Below, piece after piece: positions 22,367 through 36,500 of a stretch of DNA of 64,000 nucleotides. The DNA is taken from the NCBI GenBank assembly GCA_963791045.1, contig CAWBQK010000011.1:32001-96000 (forward strand). Reading direction: 5' to 3'. The position numbers were made by a program, and so were the translations under genes. Position 1 is the first letter of the stretch, and every line of letters begins with the position of its first letter. Origin of the DNA: Candidatus Latescibacterota bacterium. Lineage in GTDB: Bacteria; Krumholzibacteriota; Krumholzibacteriia; WVZY01. Under the pieces are notes generated by a model that searched no databases, had not been told where the DNA came from, and saw only the letters and a list, made by a program, of their open reading frames with translations.

Positions 22367-23295
22367 GGAAGGGGCGCCAGCAATCTGGGGAATCGCCCTG
22401 CTTGGTTAGACTCTCGTATTGCTCGGATGCTCAAGGATCTTCGGAAGCTGGGGCGAACGTTGCTTCCGGTAGAGGTCCTGACGGCGGACGGCAAGACACC
22501 AAGGCCGACGTTTCTGGTGACGCCGGATTGCTGTCTCAATCAGATTCCATTCGATGCGTTCGATACAGCGGTGGAGGGGCCGTCCGCTCCCCCTTCTTTT
22601 GAACTGCGATGTTGCTTACGTGCGCTACGCCGATCCCGCCATCGAAACCCGCCGGTTTCCAATGGAGTAATCGTTGTGAACCCCCGTCCGTCGGACGAGC
22701 TCCAGAAACGGTTTCCCTTCCAGCAGGAGTTGGAACAAGCTGCGGAGGAAGGACGAGCCATGGCTACGCTCGATCCGGCCGCCACGTATCTCGAAGGTGA
22801 GGTGGCGACAAAGGCAAAACTCCAGCAAAAGTGGAGTGAGGCGTCGTACATTTGTCGGCTACCCACACGCTGCGCGATCCCGCGGTGTCTTACCTGGTTC
22901 TGATACCGATGGCGGTCGACTCGGATGACGCCGGGCCCGACGCGGGGTACCTGGACATCCTCGACATACGAACCGCGGATCTCGGTGGGTGTCGAGTGGC
23001 AATCCTTTCCGGGTGTTCGAGCGGCGCTCCGTATATGGCGATTGGGAGGCACGGACCCAGCCTGGGCGATGCGTTTCTCGACGCCGGTGCGGGAGCGGTT
23101 ATCCAGACGTTCTGGAATGTCAAAGACGACGATGCCCGCGCGTTGATGACATCATTTATAAAATTATGGAAAGGGACTTGTATGAACGAGGTCAAGACGC
23201 TTTCCGAAGCACGGCGCCGATCGATGATTTCACCGGAGGGTGTCCGCAATCCATCGAGTTGGGCATCGTATTCAATCAAACTCAGCAGACTCTGA
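22367..23295 (+). pseudogene. CHAT-domain (caspase-like) gene, C-terminal part only; 5' truncated and frameshifted near 22855
   Basis: LVTPD..LNQIPFDA, AILSGCSSG, SLGDAFLDAGAGAVIQTFWNVKD, P..WASY; in-frame TGA at 22364 and no N-terminal region. Confidence 0.8.
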
Positions 23296-23413
23296 TTCTT
23301 GACGGTTATCATCCCCACAGGCTAGAGTTACCCAAAGCGACAATTCAGCGAACCGGACGGACGCCGACACACGCCAGTTCGGAGCACACGACCGCATCTT
23401 GAATGGAGGAGTC

Positions 23414-24850
23414 ATGACGCAACCGGCACTGCGATTTCGTGGTGGAAAGGCCGTAGCAGCCCTGCCTCTCGTTTTCTTTATCGGTTGGGCGATCGCAATT
23501 AGCGTGGCCGGGCGCGCCTGACGAAAACGGTCTCATTCTAGGAGCGGCGATCGGGCTCGTCCTCGGGATGTTTTTGTGCAAGAACCGGTGGTGGGATTAC
23601 GCGGAAGAGGTTTTACGGGGATGGCAAACCGGATCGCCACGGTTGCCATTGTTGCGTGGTTCTGGGCGGGTATGTTTGCCCAGGTGCTGCGCGAGGGCGG
23701 CCTGGTCGACGGGCTCGTGTGGCTCGGCGGCGCTTCCCACGCGACCGGCGGCATTTTTGTCGGAGCGACGTTTATCCTCGCCGCAGTTTTCGCGTCAGCT
23801 GTGGGAACGGGGTACGGGACGACGGTTGCTTTTTGTACGTTGATGTTCCCCGCGGGGCTTATCATGGGCGCCGAACCGGTGTGGATGTTCGCGGCGATTC
23901 TTTCGGGCGCCGCGTTCGGCGACAACCTCGCGCCGGTGTCGGACACAACGGTCGTATCGGCGGCGACACAGGAAACCGACATCCCGGGTGTTGTCAGATC
24001 GCGTTTCAAATATGCGCTGACCGCGGCGGTTCCGGCTCTTCTCCTCTTCACGCTTTTTGGTGGTGGGGGAGAAATCAGTGGGGACACCGTACAAGCGCAA
24101 CAGCTCTTCACCGCGACGGCCTCGCCAAAGGGGCTAATCCTTCTTATCCCGTTCGCGCTTGTTATCGGCCTCGCGCTCCGCGGCTTTCACATCCTCGTCA
24201 CACTCACCTGGGGAATCATTACCGCGGTCGGTCTTGGTCTCGCGTTTAGTCTCCTCACCCCGTCCCAGGTTATTTCAATCGATCCGGAAGCCCAACGGAT
24301 GGGTGGCGCGCTTGTCACGGGGATCGCTGGGTACCTCTCGATGGCGATTCTCATCCTCATGATAGTTGCCGGCGGACATATTATGAAAATCGGTGGTGCG
24401 CTCGACGCGATTATTAACAAGCTCGCCGGGTTTGCCGGCCGGTCGGTCGCTCGCGCCGAAGCGGCGATCTGGAGTATTGTTTTCTCGCTAAACGTATTCA
24501 TCACCATCAACACGGCGGCCGAAATCACGGCGGCCCCCGTCGTTTCAAACCTGGGAAAGCGGTTCAAGCTCCACCCGTACCGCCGCGCCAATATGCTCGA
24601 CGCGGTAACCTCCGCCGTCGGGTACATTTTTCCCTGGGGTGGTGGCGTGCTCATTGGGTATCAGACGATCCGTAACCTCTCGGAAACCTACGATTTCGTC
24701 ACGGTTGTGGCACCGACTGAGGTGTGGCCGTTTGTATTTCATGGCTGGTTCCTCGCCATCGTGATGCTGGTGGCGGCGATCACGGGGTTTGGCAGGACGT
24801 ACGAGGCCAAGGACGGATCCCAGACGAAAACCCCGCCGTCTGACGATTGA
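23414..24850 (+). CDS. NhaC-family Na+/H+ antiporter-like transporter (5' frameshifts)
   Basis: GGAGGAG RBS; AVGTGYGT, AILSGAAFGDNLAPVSDTT, RANMLD..PWGG; many TM helices. Confidence 0.88.
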
Positions 24851-25024
24851 TGTTCTGTGGGCGCGTCAGCGTAACCTGTTGATAAATAAATATTTGTGCG
24901 GCCATCTTGGTCGTGCTCCGAACTCCTTGACAGGTGGTATAACAATTGTTGAGCGGGGCGTACGGCTCGTTCTTTCGTTGTGACCGGCTAGACAAAGGAT
25001 TTTGGATAAAACCAGGAGCTGAAA

Positions 25025-25498
25025 ATGACAAAGAAAGCATTTCAAGATTATTACCCCGATCACCTGGCGCACTGCTATGGGTGCGGAAAGATGAACGAGC
25101 ACGGCCACCAGATCAAAAGTTACTGGGACGGCGACGAGAGCGTGTGTCACTTCACGCCGGAGCCCTGCCACATATCCATCCCTGGCTATGTGTATGGAGG
25201 GCTAATCGCGTCGCTCATTGATTGCCACGGGACGGGGACCGCCGCGGCCGCGGCATATCGCGCGGAGAACCGCGAAATGGACACAGATCCGCCCCGTCGG
25301 TTTGTAACAGGGTCGCTCAAGGTCAGCTATCTGAAGCCGACCCCGCTCGGCGTCGAACTGGAACTCCGCGGCAAGGTCAAGGAGATCAAGGGCCGCAAAA
25401 TCGTGATCGAGGAGACTCTTTCGGTGAACGGGGACGTGTGCGCGACCGGCGAAGTCGTCTGCCTCCAGGTCCCCGACGAGTGGTTTACTGGTAAGTAA
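25025..25498 (+). CDS. PaaI-family hotdog thioesterase
   Basis: CYGCG..N.HG, PGYVYGGLIASLIDCHG, VTGSLKVSYLKPTP. Confidence 0.9.
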   Translation: MTKKAFQDYYPDHLAHCYGCGKMNEHGHQIKSYWDGDESVCHFTPEPCHISIPGYVYGGLIASLIDCHGTGTAAAAAYRAENREMDTDPPRRFVTGSLKVSYLKPTPLGVELELRGKVKEIKGRKIVIEETLSVNGDVCATGEVVCLQVPDEWFTGK

Positions 25499-25731
25499 TC
25501 ACAGGCCGCGCTGTCCGTCCGCCGGCGTATGGGAGACTCTCGATGGGGGTGTCCTTGGGGCCTTTTTGCCGTCCAACGTGCGGATTGAGTTCAGGGCGGC
25601 ACTTCGCCTGGCCCGGGCGGGCGTGCGACGGCGTAACTTGTTGTAAAATATATTTGTACAGCGGAAAAAAATCGGAGAAAACAGTAAAAAAAGGTTTCAC
25701 AAGCCCCCTTTAGGGGGTATCTTTAGTAGAC

Positions 25732-26031
25732 ATGAGCCAGAAAAGATTCGCGCGGGTCGGCGACATCCTCCCAGCCGTCCTGAAATCAATAGGACTAGAT
25801 CGGAAGCTGAAGCAGCAAGAGATCATCTCGATCTGGCCGGAAGTTGTTGGAGCGGACATCGCGGCAAGAACCCAAGCGGTCAGGGTAGATAAAGGGGTTC
25901 TGATTGTCCATGTCGACCACAGCGCGTGGATCCAGGAGCTCCATTTCATGGAGAAGGAGATTCTGAAAAAGCTCAAAGCCAAAGCCCCGGATATCGATAT
26001 AAAGCGAATTCGTTTCGGAACAAGCAAATAG
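25732..26031 (+). CDS. DUF721 / DciA-like protein
   Basis: WPEVVGADIAART..GVLIV.V..SAWIQEL..IL.KL; directly upstream of gyrB. Confidence 0.88.
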   Translation: MSQKRFARVGDILPAVLKSIGLDRKLKQQEIISIWPEVVGADIAARTQAVRVDKGVLIVHVDHSAWIQELHFMEKEILKKLKAKAPDIDIKRIRFGTSK

Positions 26032-27966
<1,935 letters not shown>

Positions 27967-27975
27967 TATATGCGA

Positions 27976-28109
27976 GTAGGCGCGGGTGGCGCCGATGGGG
28001 CCCCCCAAACAAGCGAGCGTTCGCGAGCCGCCGCAGTGTTCGCCTTACCCCGAAAGTCCACGCTCGTAAAAGCGAGCTTGTGTGGGGTAATCGGCGACAG
28101 GACCCGCGC
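27976..28109 (+). repeat. Structured intergenic element, family B copy 1
   Basis: GTAGGCGCGGGTGGCGCCGATGGGGCCCC...GGGGTAATCGGCGACAGGACCCGCGC. Confidence 0.85.
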
Positions 28110-28166
28110 TGGGGCATCGAGTGATAGCTAGAACATAGACGCAAAATGACAGCATGGGAGTAACGA

Positions 28167-30602
28167 ATGTCCGTTGATCGCGAAAGAATCGTTCCCGTCC
28201 AAATCGAAGACGAGATGAGAAGTTCTTATCTCGATTACTCTATGAGCGTGATCATCTCGCGCGCGCTTCCCGATGTCCGTGACGGTTTGAAGCCCGTCCA
28301 TCGCAGGATACTCACCGCGATGAACGATCTCAACCTCACGCACGGACGTCCTTACAGGAAGTCCGCCAAGGTCACCGGTGACGTTAACGGTAACTATCAC
28401 CCGCACGGCACCTCGGCGATTTACGAGACAATGGTCCGTATGGCGCAGGACTTCTCGCTGCGTTATCCGCTTGTTATGGGCCAGGGCAACTTCGGATCCG
28501 TCGATGGCGATCCCCCGGCGGCGGAACGTTATACAGAAGTTCGTATGATGTCGTTTGCCGAAGAAATGCTCGCCGACATCGAAAAAGAGACCGTCGAATT
28601 CGGGCCCAACTACGACGGGTCGCGAATGATGCCGCTCGTGCTTCCCGCCAGGGCTCCAAATCTTCTCGTGAACGGCTCCTCGGGTATCGCCGTGGGGATG
28701 GCGACAAACGTGCCGCCGCACAACCTTCGCGAGATCGTGGACGGCTGTGTGGCTGTTCTCGAGAATCCCGACCTTCCCGATGAGGTGCTTTTTTCGCATG
28801 TCCACGGGCCGGATTTCCCTACGGCTGGAATCATCCTTGGGAGACTCGGAATAGAGCAGGCCTACAAAACAGGAAAGGGCCGCATCATCGTAAGGGCGCG
28901 GACGGGGCTCGAGACACTCAAGAACGGCCGCGAAGCAATCATCATTACCGAGCTTCCATATCAGGTGAACAAGGCGGGTCTCATTGAGCGGATCGCCGAA
29001 CTCGTGAAGGTCGGCACGCTCGATGGAATCGGCGACATTCGTGACGAGTCCGACCGGCAAGGTATGCGCGTCGTCATCATTCTCAAGCGCGACGCCGACC
29101 CCCGAGTTGTCGAGAATCAGCTTTTCAAGCATACGCAGATGCAGGTGACGTTTGGAATTATCTCGCTGGCTCTGGTCGACAACCGTCCGCAGATCCTCAC
29201 GCTGCGCCAGATGATGAACTGTTACCTCGAACATCGTGAGGATGTCATCGTTCGCCGCACGCGTTACGATCTCAGAAAGGCGGAAGAGCGCGCCCATATC
29301 CTCGAAGGTTTCCGGATCGCGCTCGATCACATCGACGAGATAGTCGCTCTTATCAAGGCGTCCGATACTCCGGATACGGCGCGGACGGGGCTTATGGAAC
29401 AGTTCGGTTTGTCGGAGAGGCAGGCTCAGGCCATTCTCGACATGCGCTTGCAGCGTCTCACCGGCCTGGAACGCCAGAAGATCGAAGACGAATACCAGGC
29501 CCTTCTCATAAAGATCGCCGAATACAAAGCGATCCTCGCCGACAGGCAGCTCGTTCTCAGCATAATCAAAGACGAACTCATCGAAATCAAAGACAAGTAT
29601 GGCGATGATCGCCGCACTGAAATCGTCGATCAGGGCCCCATGGTGCTCGACGAAGAGGATCTGATCACCGAAGAAGACATGGTGATCACTATCAGTCACC
29701 ACGGGTACATCAAGCGAATCGCGCTCGATTCGTACAAGCAGCAGCGCCGCGGGGGCCGGGGTTCAACCGGCATCAAGATGCGCGACGAGGATTTTGTCGA
29801 GCACCTGTTTGTCGCTTCGACACACAGCTACATATTGTTCTTCACGGACCAGGGCCGGTGTTACTGGCTTAAGGTCCACCATATCCCGGTTGCCGGGAGG
29901 CAGGCGAGAGGCAAGGCGATTGTCAATCTTCTTGGCCTGTCCAATGGCGAACGGATTACGGGACGTGTGCCTGTTAGTGATTTCGATGAAAACAAATTCC
30001 TGGCGACCGCTACCAAGAATGGAATGATCAAGAAAACACAGCTGAGTCTGTACAGCCGCCCGAGGCGCGGTGGCATATGGTCGATGACACTCAAAGAGGA
30101 CGATCAACTTATCGCGGCGGCGATCACCGACGGCGATCATGATATCGTTCTTGCCAAGAAGGGCGGGCGCGCGATTCGATTCCCAGAGACCGATGTCCGG
30201 TCGATGGGACGGACTGCCGGCGGTGTCCGTGGTGTCAAACTCGACCCGGGTGATGAAGTTGTTGGCATGGCCGTTGTTCACAGAGACGCATCTCTGCTGA
30301 CGGTGACCGAGCACGGCTACGGCAAACGCTCGGCGCTCGAAGATTATTCAACGAAGCACCGCGGGGGAAAGGGCGTCATCAACATCAGAACGACCGAACG
30401 GAACGGCCAGGTCGTTGCGATCAAGGAAGTCCGTGACCAGGATGACATCATGATTATTACAAAGAAAGGCGTCGTAATCCGTTGCCCGATCGCCCAGCTC
30501 AATGTGATCGGCCGCGCCACTCAGGGCGTGAGGCTGATTGCTCTTGATGAGGGCGATGAGGTGATGGATGTTGCGCACCTGGTCAAAGAGGATGAAGAGT
30601 GA
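28167..30602 (+). CDS. gyrA: DNA gyrase subunit A
   Basis: [28 protein letters not shown] (catalytic Tyr), GyrA-box QRRGGRG, beta-pinwheel repeats. Confidence 0.99.
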   Translation: MSVDRERIVPVQIEDEMRSSYLDYSMSVIISRALPDVRDGLKPVHRRILTAMNDLNLTHGRPYRKSAKVTGDVNGNYHPHGTSAIYETMVRMAQDFSLRYPLVMGQGNFGSVDGDPPAAERYTEVRMMSFAEEMLADIEKETVEFGPNYDGSRMMPLVLPARAPNLLVNGSSGIAVGMATNVPPHNLREIVDGCVAVLENPDLPDEVLFSHVHGPDFPTAGIILGRLGIEQAYKTGKGRIIVRARTGLETLKNGREAIIITELPYQVNKAGLIERIAELVKVGTLDGIGDIRDESDRQGMRVVIILKRDADPRVVENQLFKHTQMQVTFGIISLALVDNRPQILTLRQMMNCYLEHREDVIVRRTRYDLRKAEERAHILEGFRIALDHIDEIVALIKASDTPDTARTGLMEQFGLSERQAQAILDMRLQRLTGLERQKIEDEYQALLIKIAEYKAILADRQLVLSIIKDELIEIKDKYGDDRRTEIVDQGPMVLDEEDLITEEDMVITISHHGYIKRIALDSYKQQRRGGRGSTGIKMRDEDFVEHLFVASTHSYILFFTDQGRCYWLKVHHIPVAGRQARGKAIVNLLGLSNGERITGRVPVSDFDENKFLATATKNGMIKKTQLSLYSRPRRGGIWSMTLKEDDQLIAAAITDGDHDIVLAKKGGRAIRFPETDVRSMGRTAGGVRGVKLDPGDEVVGMAVVHRDASLLTVTEHGYGKRSALEDYSTKHRGGKGVINIRTTERNGQVVAIKEVRDQDDIMIITKKGVVIRCPIAQLNVIGRATQGVRLIALDEGDEVMDVAHLVKEDEE

Positions 30603-30620
30603 CCAACGGGCACTTAAAAC

Positions 30621-31349
30621 TTGAAGGGAAAACGAGTTTTGAACAACCGATTTGAAGATGAGACCCCTCTCCCCGGAGATGCACAGGCCGCCGATCCGGG
30701 TGAGTTTGCGCTCGAAACGGACAGCAGTCTGGCCGAACGAATTTCGGAGTTCACGGTCAGGCGTATGTCGACATATTACAGGATACTGTTGTCTCTTGAG
30801 AGAAGCTCTGTCGGGACCGTGTCGTCGGCGCGTCTTGCCGAACTCTGCGGCGTTACTTCCGCGCAGGTCCGAAAAGACCTCTCCTATTTCGGTAACTTTG
30901 GGACTCGCGGGTTGGGTTACCAGGTGTCGGATTTGAAGAATGCGATTGTCGGTATCCTCGGTTTGAATCGCGAATGGAGGATGGCGTTGTTTGGCGCGGG
31001 AAGTCTGGGCAACGCGTTGTTTTTCTATCAGGGTTTTCGTGACGATGGGTTCTACTTCGTGCACGTCTTCGATGCCCAAGCGGAACGTGTTGGTCAGATG
31101 TGGCGCGATGTGGAGATTTCCCCCTATGACAAATCAGAAGAATTGCTGGCGGCGAGTCCAGTGGACATCGGTGTGGTGGCAACGCCGGACGAAGCGGCTC
31201 AGGAAGTCGCTGACATTCTCGTCAGACACGGCGTAAAAGGGATCTTAAATTTTGCACCAAGGCAACTATCGGTGCCCGATAATGTCAGACTGAGAAACGT
31301 TAATCTCGCGGTCGCGCTCGAAAGCTTGAGTTTTATGCTTTCGAGATAA
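30621..31349 (+). CDS. rex: Redox-sensing transcriptional repressor Rex
   Basis: ISEFTVRRMSTYYR, QVRKDLSYFGNFGTRGLGY, GAGSLG, GILNFAP; start uncertain. Confidence 0.96.
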   Translation: MKGKRVLNNRFEDETPLPGDAQAADPGEFALETDSSLAERISEFTVRRMSTYYRILLSLERSSVGTVSSARLAELCGVTSAQVRKDLSYFGNFGTRGLGYQVSDLKNAIVGILGLNREWRMALFGAGSLGNALFFYQGFRDDGFYFVHVFDAQAERVGQMWRDVEISPYDKSEELLAASPVDIGVVATPDEAAQEVADILVRHGVKGILNFAPRQLSVPDNVRLRNVNLAVALESLSFMLSR

Positions 31350-31400
31350 TATGCGGCAAACCGGCATGATCTCGATCATGCTCCAAGGTGGGATTGCGAT

Positions 31401-33284
31401 TTGAAAAAGCCAACCAACCATAAGATTTTGCTGATGAAGTTTCATGTGCTTTCGCGAATGGTGATTTTTGCGGCGGTTTTGCTGTCGCTTTCCCTGTCGC
31501 TGCCGGCCGGCACTCCCGTGGCGGCGGATTCCGGGCAGCCGATTCTTGACGGGACGGCTGCTGCTGCGCCCGGCGATGAGGTTTTCGGGCCCGGAAAAGT
31601 TCATTTAACGTTTACCCGCGATGGCCGATGGGTCAATTTTTCCGCCGGTTGGAACGAGGAACGTCCGGTATTTTCATCGGCGGGACTTGTTGTCTATGCG
31701 GAAGCAGACGGTCGCCTCCACGAAGTTATTAATACAGGTGCAGGCGGGCTGAGAATGGGTGAAAGCAAGGGCGGCGCCCGCAGATGTGTCGAGGGTAAAC
31801 GCGGCGGTTTGCGCGCCCCTTCTCCCGATCCGGATGACGACGGCGATGGCCGGGTGGATGAAGATCCCCTCGATGGCGTTGACAATGACAATGATGGTTC
31901 CATCGATGAGGATTTCGCCGCGATCGGCGACGAGATGATAACGATGTGTTACATGCCGGAGCGGTTTGGTGATGATCTTCCGCAGCTCGCCGTGCACCAG
32001 GAAGCGTACGCGTGGGCTCTTCCAAATATCGACGGCGCGATCATGTTGAGTTTAAAAATTAGAAACACAGGGACGCAAACTCTCGAAAACGTACGAGTGG
32101 GTTCGTTCTTTGAAAAAGAAGGACCGTTCTACTGTTCGAACTGGGTGGTCCAACTCCCCGGATCGCCGCGGGCCAGCGCGCTTGTTTGTGAGGATCTGCA
32201 CGGGACGCATGTGGGAATGATTATATTCCCCGGCATTGAAGATGCGAAAGATACATGGACGGGGGGATGTGTTGCCGGTGAGGAAAACCCAAGCACGATT
32301 TTCCTCGACCGCCTAAACGATCCCGCATCGGAGGATTTCGGGAAGTTCCCTGAGCCCACGGTTGAGACGGCCGCTCCGGGCGCGTCTGTTCTGAAGTCCG
32401 GTGAAACACGAATCGATGAAAAGGCCTGGGTGTACGAGCTCTCTCCAGTCGTTGGATCGCTGGGTCCGGATGAAGAAATCATGGTCAACCTTGCGTTTTT
32501 TGCGGTTGCCGAAAAGAATAATCTCGAATCGGCGGCAATAAACACGCTCAAGACATACAACGGTGACGGTATTCACCGGTACCTTCCGCCGCCGGTTTCA
32601 ATGACCCCGCGGGTTGTCTGGGGGGCATACCGGCCGTTCGAAACCGATGACAAGGGTGTCAAACGCGTCGCTGTTGATATTGAAGACCTCGGCGCCGAGC
32701 CCATTACTCCCGGCAGGATTTCTTATTTCAGTGGAATTGATCCGAGCGCCGTGGAGCGTGTCGAGACGGAACCAGGTGTCGAACAGCTCGTTCTCCGGGG
32801 CGAGATGGTCAGAAAGGCCGCTCGCAAAGGGGAACGGATTGTATTGAAAGGCCGTCTCGATGATGGTGAATTCTTCGAAGCGATCTTAAGACCCGAAGAA
32901 AACGCCTTCGCTTCACAAATGTCATTTGAAGACGCGAGAGAATTTTGGAAATCCGCGGGCCGGCTGGAAATGGATCTTCTTAGCAGTTCGCCCAACCCTT
33001 TCCGTGACGCGACGACGATTTATTATGAGATACCGTCACTCATCGAACAGGAAAACGGGAATCGCATCGAGTCCCGTGAACCCGTCGAGATGAGCGTTAA
33101 GGTTTACAATGTCGTCGGCCGCCTGGTGAGCGTGCTCTCCGAGGATTTTGTTTCGCCGGGTGTGTACACGACGCAGTGGCGGGCCGTCGACGAGAACGGA
33201 AACGCGGTTGCGAGCGGCGTGTATTACGTGCGGCTTCTCATCGGAAACAAGTACATCACACAGCGACTGATTCTTCTAAAGTAG
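31401..33284 (+). CDS. Secreted protein with Asp-rich Ca-binding-like repeats and a C-terminal FlgD/T9SS-like domain
   Basis: Signal peptide; DDDGDGRVDED..DNDNDGSIDEDF; PNPFRDATTI..GRLV..W..VASGVYY..LILLK. Confidence 0.85.
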   Translation: MKKPTNHKILLMKFHVLSRMVIFAAVLLSLSLSLPAGTPVAADSGQPILDGTAAAAPGDEVFGPGKVHLTFTRDGRWVNFSAGWNEERPVFSSAGLVVYAEADGRLHEVINTGAGGLRMGESKGGARRCVEGKRGGLRAPSPDPDDDGDGRVDEDPLDGVDNDNDGSIDEDFAAIGDEMITMCYMPERFGDDLPQLAVHQEAYAWALPNIDGAIMLSLKIRNTGTQTLENVRVGSFFEKEGPFYCSNWVVQLPGSPRASALVCEDLHGTHVGMIIFPGIEDAKDTWTGGCVAGEENPSTIFLDRLNDPASEDFGKFPEPTVETAAPGASVLKSGETRIDEKAWVYELSPVVGSLGPDEEIMVNLAFFAVAEKNNLESAAINTLKTYNGDGIHRYLPPPVSMTPRVVWGAYRPFETDDKGVKRVAVDIEDLGAEPITPGRISYFSGIDPSAVERVETEPGVEQLVLRGEMVRKAARKGERIVLKGRLDDGEFFEAILRPEENAFASQMSFEDAREFWKSAGRLEMDLLSSSPNPFRDATTIYYEIPSLIEQENGNRIESREPVEMSVKVYNVVGRLVSVLSEDFVSPGVYTTQWRAVDENGNAVASGVYYVRLLIGNKYITQRLILLK

Positions 33285-33307
33285 ATCAGCCGAGTCATCA
33301 CGAAATG

Positions 33308-33338
33308 GAAAAGGCCGCCCCTTTAGGGCGGCCTTTTC
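33308..33338. terminator. Bidirectional intrinsic terminator
   Basis: GAAAAGGCCGCCC-cttta-GGGCGGCCTTTTC between convergent genes. Confidence 0.85.
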
Positions 33339-33414
33339 TGTGCTCGCTAACCCGGCACGGCTGCGTCCGTAGCAACGCCTGCGATCTGCCTTGGGCTCGC
33401 ACTACGCTGCGCTA

Positions 33415-33496
33415 GGGTCCTGTCATCGGTCACCCCGCGCGTGCTCACTATCGTTCCGCGCGCGACGGGGGCCCCACCAATGCCACCCGTGCCTAC
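33415..33496 (-). repeat. Structured intergenic element, family B copy 2
   Basis: Reverse complement GTAGGCACGGGTGGCATTGGTGGGGCCCC...GGGGTGACCGATGACAGGACCC. Confidence 0.85.
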
Positions 33497-33505
33497 GATA
33501 GGTCA

Positions 33506-36500
33506 TTACTTCAGCAGGACCATTTTCTTCGTCAGTGTCGCCTGGTCGGTTTTCAGGCGGTAAAAGTACACGCCCGATCCTACCGGGTTGCCCCTCATAT
33601 CGCGTCCATCCCAAACCGTATCGTGAAGCCCGGGCGTCCTGTCGCCATCGATAAGATTGCGGACACGTGCGCCGGTCACATCGTAAACAACGAGCGACAC
33701 GTGTTGGGTTGCGCCCTGCGGCACCACGAAATCGATTCGGGTCGTCGGGTTGAACGGGTTCGGATAGTTCTGGTGCAGCGCCGCGTGGGTCGTCGACACG
33801 TGTGGTGATTCATCGTCCTCGATACCCGTGGGCACCTCAAACCCGTAAAAACCATTCCGGTGCGAGTTGGCCTGATAGGTCGGCCAGGGCGCCAGATTTT
33901 CGTCATAGGTGCCGGTCAGGTCGAAGAAGTAAATGTTCTGATCCCAGCTGTGGATGACCATATCGATATCGCCGTCCTGATCGACGTCATCCAGGACGGG
34001 AGTGGATCGGACGGCGTCCTGCGCGGCGATCGGGAACCCGGGCGCGATATTCCCGTTGATGTCCCACGCGTATATATAACGCGTTTCGTCGCCGAGGACG
34101 ATATCGAGTCCTCCGTCTCCGTTGATATCGGCTACGGCGAGCGACGCATTATCGGTGAAATCGTTCGAAAGGACCTTCGGCCATCCGGGGTAGTTGCTGC
34201 CAAGGTGGTTGAAGATCCAGATCTTAGTCTCAATCCCATCCCAGGCGTAGAGAACGCATTCCAGATAGCCGTCATTATTGAAATCGGCAAGCGCGGGCGA
34301 CGGTGTAAAGAATATGTCGGCGATTTTCGCGTTTCGCGGCCAACTACCGGCGGCCAGCGTACCATCGTGGTTTATGAGGTACGCTTTACCAACGAGACCC
34401 TTTGTTTGTGCGAGAAGCTCGATGTGTCCGTCGTTGTCGATGTCTCCGGCACAGATGCTCCCCGCGATATCATTGTTCAGTGCAAACGGGAAGCCGGGTA
34501 CCGACGATCCGTCTTCGTTCAGAACCCAGATACTATCGGCGCGGGTTCCGAGGATAATTTCATCCTTGTAGTCGCCGTCGATATCACAAATCGTCGGTGT
34601 TTCGAAGTGGGTGCTAACGACGGGGGTTCTGAAGAACACGCCATCCGTTCGACGGGTTGTCGTCACCGTCACGGTACTCAGTGCCGTCGGAATTCCATGC
34701 GTAAATGACGCCTCGCACGTCAACGGCTACGACCTCGAAGAACCCATCGCCATTCAGGTCGGCCGCCGCTGGGGCCGCCCGGAACATGTCTTCAGCTTGT
34801 TTCGGCCACCCGGGAAGCGCGTCACCATTGAAATCGACGCAGTAGACCATCTCGGTCCAGAGGTCGGCGGCAATAATGTCGAGCCCCGGCTTGTTGTCGA
34901 GGTTGGCAAGCGCGATGGGCGCCGTGAACTCATCGCCCGCGGTTGTGAGAACGCCCCACGTTTGCGGATCGCCGTCACCATCCTTGAGTTCGAGCCCGTC
35001 GTGATGCCAGGCATAGACGTACTGGTTCCCGCAGACGATCTCGAGATCACCGTCCCCGTCGATATCACCGACAACCGGTGAACTCGTTGTCTGGGTTTTC
35101 ATCTGGATCGGGAACCCGGGCATCTGCGGCGGGTTGGTGCTCGCCGAGAATTCGCCGGATATGACGCTCTCGTTACCGGAAAAGTCGATCGTTGTGACGA
35201 CATAGTAGTAGATCGTGTTGGCGGACAGACCCGTATCCAGATAGACGGCGTGGTCCAGACGGATCGACATTAACTTTTGTGTATGGCCCGCCGGGGTCGG
35301 AAGCTGATACACGTTGTAGCGTACGGCGTCGGGCGTCGTGCTGTGGGTCCACGCGACTTGAAGCCGGTCGAGCCCGAGACTTGGATCGATTTCGAGAGCC
35401 ATGGGTGGATCGGGGACTCTCAATTCGATTGTGTCCTGGTACACATGACCAAAGAGATCGGTCACCGCCACTTCGACAAGATTCTCGACACTCGTATTGG
35501 TCTCCTCGAGGTGGAATCCCGCCAGATTCTCATCGCCGACAAATGGGAACATGTCCGAGTAAGCGTCCGTCCCGTCATGTACGGTTACCTGGCCGCTCAA
35601 GTCGGTCACGACGGCCGTCAGATCCGACGCCGTTCCCGTTCCGTAGTTTTTCAGACCATAGAAGAGGAGGAACTCCTCGTTGTCTTCGTTGACGCCGTTT
35701 CCATTCCCGTAAGGAGGATCGTCGTAGATACGCAACGTCGTGAGCGCCAGGTCGGGCGCGTGGACTTCCCTGCGGAACATGTCCGCCCATGTGGGACTCC
35801 CGTTGTTCTGGATAGAGAGGTCGAACTCTACCGACTGTTCATCGACGATGGCCGCATCAAAAATACACGGACCGGTCGGATGCCGCCACATTTGAACTCG
35901 TTCCGATCACGCCAAACGTTGCCGTGCTGTCGAGGACCGTCGCCAGAGCGTCGTCGCAGCGGAACTTTGCCGTCACGTTGCCCGACGAGGTTCCGCCGGT
36001 GTTTGTCAGTTCGAGTGTGAAGTCGATCGTCTCACCGGCATCGATGATGCCGTCGCCATTGCCGAACGTTCCACCGCTCTGGTCGTCATCGACCGTGAGC
36101 GACGCGAAGTTCACATAGGCGCCGGCGGACGGGATCGACGGTGATCGTGTCCCTGGTGGCGGACGAGGTTCAACCCGGTCACCACAACGGTGATTTCACC
36201 GGGACTCTCCGCCGTAAAATCGAAGACGACGTTGCCGACCGCGTTGGTCGCACCATACTGGTAATCGTCATTATCCTTGGAGAGACAAACAAATGCCGAG
36301 TCGACGGGCACGCCGCCCGAAGTGACATTTACAAGAACACTCGACGTGCCGAGGCCAACATTCGCCACGTGAAACACATCGATGTCTTTCGCCTGTGCAG
36401 TATAGAGCGGCATCTCCGGGTCGGCGAGGAGCGTATAGATATAGTGCGTCCACAGATCGACATTGTCCCCGGCGATGGCGACCGGTGTTCGTGGCAGTCG

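Noticed and set aside
25500-25731. oriC upstream of DUF721-gyrB
   Set aside because: AT-rich, but no TTATCCACA cluster and no dnaA.
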